Positions 15,473 to 19,664 of a stretch of 19,664 nt of DNA are shown here, piece by piece. Made by a program: the position numbers and the translations under genes. The DNA lies in contig CBDHHL010000012.1 of the NCBI GenBank assembly GCA_965263355.1, positions 1-19,664 of the forward strand. Reading direction: 5' to 3'. Position 1 is the first letter of the stretch. Each line of letters opens with the position of its first letter. The notes under the pieces are model-generated. The model had not been told where the DNA came from. It did not search any database and was given only the letters and a program-made list of their open reading frames with translations. This DNA is from Leptolyngbyaceae cyanobacterium. GTDB lineage: Bacteria > Cyanobacteriota > Cyanobacteriia > Phormidesmidales > Phormidesmidaceae.

Positions 15473-15715
15473 ATGTCTGTATTAACTGGCGCTAGCTGCA
15501 ACCTTCCAAAGTTTGCACACCTTGAGACCGTCATTGTTGAACGTGGCTATCCTGCCTCTTATGAGGTGTGGAGCATCGAGGAGGTTTTCCCCATTCCCGT
15601 AATCAAAAAAGGGACATCCCAAGTCATCGGTTATACGTTCAATTACGCTTTAGCTCAAAGTAACGAACTTAAAGTAATTACAAGCTTATGTTCTGAATCT
15701 GAGATTGTCGCCTAA
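15473..15715 (+). CDS. Hypothetical protein (80 aa), cassette 3
   Basis: AAGGAG RBS; follows P3 and a ~90-nt leader. Confidence 0.85.
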   Translation: MSVLTGASCNLPKFAHLETVIVERGYPASYEVWSIEEVFPIPVIKKGTSQVIGYTFNYALAQSNELKVITSLCSESEIVA

Positions 15716-15754
15716 CCCCGCTAACCACACCTCGGCTAGCGGGGTTCTTTTTTT
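15714..15754 (+). terminator. Rho-independent terminator, repeat B copy 2
   Basis: AACCCCGCTAACC / GGCTAGCGGGGTT (one mismatch) followed by CTTTTTTT. 15714-15773 matches 14729-14788 at 58 of 60 positions. Confidence 0.85.
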
Positions 15755-15796
15755 GTCAATAAATTACTTGACATCTGAAAAGAGATTCGCTATATT
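15754..15796 (+). promoter_or_regulatory. Operator/promoter P4 (type B)
   Basis: TGTCAA-taaattac-TTGACA (15754-15773), then 17 nt and TATATT (15791-15796). Confidence 0.8.
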
Positions 15797-15822
15797 GGGA
15801 TTGTTGAGCAGGAGAAAAGATT

Positions 15823-15987
15823 ATGCTATTTGCAATCACAATTTTCGGCAATGATGAAGTTCTTGAGTTAATTACAGCATCGTCTCACCATGAGGCTTAC
15901 GAGGCGTATCGAGCCAATAATTTTGGTAATGGATGCGTCGGCTACGACGTTGACGTAATCGGAGCTGATTACACAGTCGAGTTTTAG
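15823..15987 (+). CDS. Small acidic hypothetical protein (54 aa), cassette 4 (below the ORF-track cutoff)
   Basis: AGGAG RBS. MLFAITIFGNDEVLELITASSHHEAYEAYRANNFGNGCVGYDVDVIGADYTVEF*; followed by the palindrome GGGGCAATTGCCCC (15994-16007). Confidence 0.8.
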   Translation: MLFAITIFGNDEVLELITASSHHEAYEAYRANNFGNGCVGYDVDVIGADYTVEF

Positions 15988-16087
15988 TCAATAGGGGCAA
16001 TTGCCCCGCTCTAATGTCGCCACGCTGAAGCTGCGTGCTAGTCCCAAGCCTAGTTAAGACAGAGGGGAGTTTTCTGAGGATAAACCA

Positions 16088-16153
16088 ATGGATAATCTCT
16101 TCATCATTGGTTACTTGCTGCTTCTCTTCACAGCGAATGTAGCCTTAATGTGA
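16088..16153 (+). CDS. Candidate 21-aa hydrophobic membrane peptide
   Basis: GAGGA RBS; MDNLFIIGYLLLLFTANVALM*. Confidence 0.45.
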   Translation: MDNLFIIGYLLLLFTANVALM

Positions 16154-16179
16154 GTCTTCAAATCGCCCCAGGCATGGCA

Positions 16180-16416
16180 TTACTCTTCCTCATCGTCATA
16201 ATCGGGAATATCGCCCCAAAACATCTCGAAAATGTCTTCAGCTGTTTGCAACACCGCCTTTTCTGTGGGGTGCTGGCTTTCGTATAAATACATGATGCCT
16301 TCGTTTCTAATGTCGTACCCCATCATCCTGTAGATGAGCCTAGCAATATCAACGACTATTTCTCTCTGGCTGGCATCAAAGGTTTGTGGGCCTACCGTGG
16401 TGGTTTTCTTGGTCAT
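16180..16416 (-). CDS. Small acidic hypothetical protein (78 aa)
   Basis: Starts 9 nt after the antirepressor stop, with GGGGAG as RBS; acidic C-terminus DYDDEEE. Confidence 0.75.
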   Translation of the reverse strand: MTKKTTTVGPQTFDASQREIVVDIARLIYRMMGYDIRNEGIMYLYESQHPTEKAVLQTAEDIFEMFWGDIPDYDDEEE

Positions 16417-16425
16417 GATCTACGG

Positions 16426-17172
16426 CTACTCCCCCACAAGCTTTTGACGTTCGCCTTTAGCCCCCTGGAAGCTTTGATCTAAGATACTCAGCACTTCTCT
16501 GGGCAGCTTCTTCGTGATGTGCGCTGCAGGCTCATGTATCCATTGCGCATCATGAATGCCTACAGACAGGATCCATCGGCGGCAGGCATCATTAGCCTTT
16601 TTGCCTTTACCAAAGCCATAGCGCTTAGACAACTCGGTAATAGTCACACCGTCAAATTTCTCAGCACGCCCATGAGCATCCACGATGACGGTTACTGGCT
16701 TTTCCACTTCAATAACTACTTCGGGCTTTCCAAAAACTAAAGCAGGCAATGCAGGGTTGATCGTCGAGAGCATTTGAGTCGCTGAGGCCAACTTTAGTCG
16801 AGACTCAGAAAGCGCGACTTCTAAGCGCAACTTCTCTAGCTCTTCGTTTTGAGTCGGGACAATCTCTTTAGCCTGCTTCTCACACTTCAGAAAATATTGC
16901 CTAATTTCACGCCCTTTTTCGGTGCCTGCCATCATTCCTAATGACTTGAAACAGTCGACGGTTATTTCGATAAATTCCTTGGGACGACCACCAGACGGTC
17001 TTTTGACCCCTTTCCGTAAAAAGTCTACACCCTCAATAAAGTTGTTAATCAAGACGTTTTTGCCATCTTGCTTTTTCTTCCAACCAATCCACTCCCACGC
17101 ATTGTCGAAATCCACTGGAAACTGTTCAGTAGATTGCATCATAGCCATAGCCAAGTTTTGAGAAAAATTCAT
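16426..17172 (-). CDS. Phage antirepressor-like protein (AntA/AntB-type N-terminal DNA-binding domain; 248 aa)
   Basis: FPVDFDNAWEWIGW...NFIEGVDF...GGRPKEFIEITVDCFKSLGMMAGTEKGREIRQYFLKCEK. ATG 17172 overlaps the HTH stop (ATGA). Confidence 0.85.
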   Translation of the reverse strand: MNFSQNLAMAMMQSTEQFPVDFDNAWEWIGWKKKQDGKNVLINNFIEGVDFLRKGVKRPSGGRPKEFIEITVDCFKSLGMMAGTEKGREIRQYFLKCEKQAKEIVPTQNEELEKLRLEVALSESRLKLASATQMLSTINPALPALVFGKPEVVIEVEKPVTVIVDAHGRAEKFDGVTITELSKRYGFGKGKKANDACRRWILSVGIHDAQWIHEPAAHITKKLPREVLSILDQSFQGAKGERQKLVGE

Positions 17173-17393
17173 AATTGATCTCCCTCTTCCCATTGGATCT
17201 CAATCAGTTCACTGATCGTCTTGAGCTGAAAAAATTTACACAAAGACATGACCGTATGGTTGTCAATGCGGTTGAAATGCCCTCTATAAAGCTTCCCAAC
17301 AGTCGTGGGACTAAGGCCAGTCTTTTTGGCCACAGTCTTTTGGTCAACTTCTTGCGCATCCATGAGCGCCTTCAACTTGCATATCACCTTCAT
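17169..17393 (-). CDS. Cro/C1-type HTH transcriptional regulator (74 aa)
   Basis: CKLKALMDAQEVDQKTVAKKTGLSPTTVGKLYRGHFNRID...LCKFF; GAGGT RBS. Confidence 0.92.
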   Translation of the reverse strand: MKVICKLKALMDAQEVDQKTVAKKTGLSPTTVGKLYRGHFNRIDNHTVMSLCKFFQLKTISELIEIQWEEGDQL

Positions 17394-17436
17394 ACCTCAA
17401 CAGTATCATTACATCTAATTTTAACACAAAACTAGG

Positions 17437-17465
17437 TTGACGCAATAACAGGAAGCTGGTATCGT
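17437..17465 (+). promoter_or_regulatory. Rightward sigma70-type promoter, divergent from the Cro/C1 gene
   Basis: TTGACG-17 nt-TATCGT with TGn extension. Confidence 0.65.
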
Positions 17466-17478
17466 GATGACACAGCGA

Positions 17479-17516
17479 AGCCCAATGTCTAGCCGTCCAA
17501 AGTTTGACATTGGGCT
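17479..17516 (+). promoter_or_regulatory. 5' leader hairpin
   Basis: Perfect 11-bp arms AGCCCAATGTC / GACATTGGGCT with a 16-nt loop containing CCGTCCAAAG; no U-tract. Confidence 0.6.
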
Positions 17517-17548
17517 AAGCGACTCCAAACCAGTCACAATTTGAAGCC

Positions 17549-17764
17549 ATGGTTAATTTAACTCAATCCACGACTCGCTTTATCACCCTATGCCTTTTGT
17601 GGTTGCTCGTCCGCTTTAGCCAGTTCCTACTACAGTTAGCTGGGCGCATTCGTGAGGCCGACGCTATCAGTATGTCAGAGCTGTCTCTACAGGTAGATAT
17701 CAAGCAGATGATCGAAGACTCCGCCCACAAGTTCACGAGGGGCAGCTATGGATATCGTTGTTAG
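17549..17764 (+). CDS. Hypothetical protein with hydrophobic N-terminal segment (71 aa)
   Basis: Follows the promoter and leader hairpin; hydrophobic stretch FITLCLLWLLVRFSQFLL. Confidence 0.5.
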   Translation: MVNLTQSTTRFITLCLLWLLVRFSQFLLQLAGRIREADAISMSELSLQVDIKQMIEDSAHKFTRGSYGYRC

Positions 17765-17810
17765 CATTTGCCTGCCAGCAGTGTTTGTTGTGATGCTGCT
17801 GAAGACGTAA
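17748..17810 (+). CDS. Candidate 20-aa hydrophobic membrane peptide
   Basis: GAGGGG RBS; MDIVVSICLPAVFVVMLLKT*; stop lies 2 nt before a strong hairpin. Confidence 0.45.
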   Translation: MDIVVSICLPAVFVVMLLKT

Positions 17811-17812
17811 CC

Positions 17813-17844
17813 CAATGGCCGATCTCGCCTGAGATCGGCCATTG
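17813..17844. terminator. Perfect 14-bp hairpin between convergent genes
   Basis: CAATGGCCGATCTC-gcct-GAGATCGGCCATTG. Confidence 0.7.
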
Positions 17845-17866
17845 ATATATTCAGGCTCAAGTCAAT

Positions 17867-18298
17867 CTAAACCCCACCCTCAACCTCGCTAGTATTGGTC
17901 CCCGCAGGCAGCCTAAACTCTATCTCAACTCTGCGCTGCCCACGCTCGCGCCTGACCGTGCCAACACTCCATCTACGATCTTGATGCACTACGTAGGGAT
18001 TAACTGTAGCGCCTTCCTGCGCTGCCCTGGTAAAGTTAACTCGCCCAACTGCTTTGCCGTCCTGGGCGATGCGGACGACCTGGAATGATGCAATAGGCTG
18101 GGTTGATGGTGGATCTTCTTCCCTGACTGGGGGCTTACTGCCACTTGCTGCGATAGTCGGCTGTGGTTCGCTGATGTTGCATATACTTTCCAGGTTTATT
18201 AGTTCCCCCTGGGCTGTAACCATGTAGCAGAAAGGGTTAGCGATCGCAGGAGTGCTAACGCCAAGGACTAAAGCAACAGGCAAAAAATATTTGAGCAT
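17867..18298 (-). CDS. Secreted/periplasmic protein of cyanobacterial type (143 aa; likely start MLKYFLP)
   Basis: Signal-peptide-like N-terminus ending PAIA, then CYMVTAQGELINLESIC (a two-Cys motif common in cyanobacterial exported proteins), a Pro-rich linker and a beta-rich domain. Confidence 0.75.
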   Translation of the reverse strand: MLKYFLPVALVLGVSTPAIANPFCYMVTAQGELINLESICNISEPQPTIAASGSKPPVREEDPPSTQPIASFQVVRIAQDGKAVGRVNFTRAAQEGATVNPYVVHQDRRWSVGTVRRERGQRRVEIEFRLPAGTNTSEVEGGV

Positions 18299-18500
18299 AG
18301 CTTGATATCTCATAAGGGCAGTATAGCTATACTTCAGTGACAGCAAACCCATCTCGGGATTAACGCCCACTTCCTCGATGACGCAATTTCATAGAATACC
18401 TTGACTCAGTTTTACTTTATACAGGGGTCAAGTCAAAGTTCAGCAGGCTTTACGAGAGCTTCGCAGTAGTGTGAATCTGTGGTGATACTTCCCCTGAAAG

Positions 18501-19031
18501 TTATCGAATATTCAGGCCTAGCTCTCTTAGCTGCCTAGGAGTGCTGCTACTCGCCTTCAGCGCTGCTGCTCTATCTGCGTTGCTTGCTCCGTTCCACATG
18601 CGATTTAACTTGTACTTGCCTACTTCGTAGGCTTGTCTAGCAGTTGCCAGGGAGTGCGAGCCAATGCTCGTTCCCCCCCCTGCGTCAATGTCTTGTTTGA
18701 GATTACTGGCGAATGTCAGCGTCGCCAGGAAACCGCCGCCGGAAGAATCAACCATTTGCGCCCGTGTTGGGTTTGCATAGCTAGCATTCCAGTCCATGCG
18801 GTCAAATGTTCCGTCGTTATCGAATACTCTTAAGTTTTGGCCAGACACAATCTCGCTCATGGCCGCTGCCGCCGCATCGTTTGGCAGGGCAGAATTTAGT
18901 GTGATTTCTGAATTGGCTGCTATAGGCTCAAGTCTGCGCTCTGACTCAGCAGCCAAAAAAGTAGAGTCTGTTACGCCAGTAGCTGTTGAACCACCCGCAG
19001 ATCTACCCCCACCACCTGAACGTCTACCCAT
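18501..19031 (-). CDS. Hypothetical phage protein with MGRRSGGGG N-terminal leader (176 aa)
   Basis: GGAG RBS; 17 nt after the upstream stop. Confidence 0.8.
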   Translation of the reverse strand: MGRRSGGGGRSAGGSTATGVTDSTFLAAESERRLEPIAANSEITLNSALPNDAAAAAMSEIVSGQNLRVFDNDGTFDRMDWNASYANPTRAQMVDSSGGGFLATLTFASNLKQDIDAGGGTSIGSHSLATARQAYEVGKYKLNRMWNGASNADRAAALKASSSTPRQLRELGLNIR

Positions 19032-19048
19032 AATTATCTCCGCATTAA

Positions 19049-19663
19049 TTACTCAACTACGAAAAGCCATGGTTCGACGTTGGCGCGTCGAGCGACAGCC
19101 AATGTATTAGCTCCCGACGAGCCAATCGCTACATATTTACCTCTGACCTCCCTTACGGGGACCGGAACCCAGGGCCTACCGCCACCTGAACTGGCTATTC
19201 CTTGCCTTATGTTTTTAGCCGCTGTGTCAATTTGGGACTGGGAAGCTGTTGGCCGACCTCCAGAGACCTCACTCAAGCGAGTGACAATTGTACTTCCCGA
19301 ATCTTGGCTTTGTCCGCTACCACTTGTCCTGCTGCCAACCTTGGCAAATAGCGGGCTCCCTTCAGCACTCCTCATTGAACTAATGATCTTGTCCTGAGTT
19401 TTGTTGTTAGGAGTCACTATCGCCTGAAGCTCTGCGCCTCTGCCTGACGCTTTAGCAGACGCAATCATCCTTGCGCTGGTTGGATCAGCAGCAACATACT
19501 GCTCAAAGCCAACTTCTTTGATTAAGGCAGGCGAGACGTTTACCTTGCCCTCATCAAACGCTTTAACCATCGCCGCATCTGGGCGAGCCCCACCGATATC
19601 AATTTGGCCGGGATCGTTAAACGTGCCGCTCTCAAATGTAATTAAATCGCCTAAATCAGACAT
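19049..19663 (-). CDS. Protein with two degenerate ParB N-terminal-like domains (204 aa; start at the window edge)
   Basis: Two related segments: NVSPALIKEVGFEQYVA...IASAKASG..LQAIV and PWVPVPVREVRGKYVAIG...LAVARRANVEPWLFVV. The true start cannot be verified at the edge. Confidence 0.6.
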   Translation of the reverse strand: MSDLGDLITFESGTFNDPGQIDIGGARPDAAMVKAFDEGKVNVSPALIKEVGFEQYVAADPTSARMIASAKASGRGAELQAIVTPNNKTQDKIISSMRSAEGSPLFAKVGSRTSGSGQSQDSGSTIVTRLSEVSGGRPTASQSQIDTAAKNIRQGIASSGGGRPWVPVPVREVRGKYVAIGSSGANTLAVARRANVEPWLFVVE

Positions 19664-19664
19664 C

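Larger units (their letters stand above)
1213..18247. repeat. Dispersed HIP1 octamers GCGATCGC (1213, 9015, 10840, 13220, 18240)
   Basis: Five copies found by eye, against about 0.3 expected for an 8-mer in 19.7 kb at equal base frequencies. Confidence 0.85.
1..19664. mobile_element. Segment of a cyanobacterial siphovirus-like phage or prophage (ends not in window)
   Basis: Tail operon, antirepressor, Cro/C1 and T5orf172-domain genes; no host housekeeping gene recognised; no integrase or att site seen. Confidence 0.85.

Noticed and set aside
14717..15746. Integron attC sites (GCCTAAC overlapping stop codons at 14717 and 15710 fits RYYYAAC)
   Set aside because: The elements are only about 35-45 bp, lack a matching distal GTTRRRY and the extrahelical bases of attC, end in a T-tract like ordinary terminators, and no integron integrase is visible.
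14272..15796. CRISPR array
   Set aside because: The repeats are 400-600 bp apart and separated by protein-coding genes, not by 25-45 bp spacers.
18400..18432. CTTGAC...GTCAAG as a fifth copy of the array operator
   Set aside because: The arms are in the opposite order and 21 bp apart, so it does not fit TGTCAA-N8-TTGACA.

Overview
The window looks like part of a cyanobacterial temperate phage or prophage: five HIP1 GCGATCGC sites and several cyanobacterial-type protein motifs. Bases 1-10730 (minus strand) are a tightly coupled siphovirus-type non-contractile tail operon: gp10-like and terminator-like genes, major tail tube, a G/GT chaperone pair joined by a -1 frameshift at A AAA AAG, a 1256-aa tape measure protein, a Dit-like gene, an 885-aa hub/fibre and minor tail genes. 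No capsid, portal or terminase gene is visible, and the genes just upstream of the tail operon run in the opposite direction. Bases ~11600-16200 are an accessory island of small orphan genes in which gene units are bracketed by pairs of repeated hairpins or promoters. Its most striking part is four consecutive genes, each with its own sigma70 promoter whose -35 box is one arm of a shared TGTCAA-N8-TTGACA palindrome, arranged A-B-A-B and back-to-back with an HTH gene. This is a candidate co-regulated, recombination-shuffled cassette array (possibly anti-defence or host takeover). The right end holds a Cro/C1 HTH plus antirepressor operon, two unannotated ~20-aa membrane peptides, a secreted protein, an MGRRSGGGG-leader protein and a tandem ParB-like protein. 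All functional calls come from motif recognition and synteny; no searches were run.
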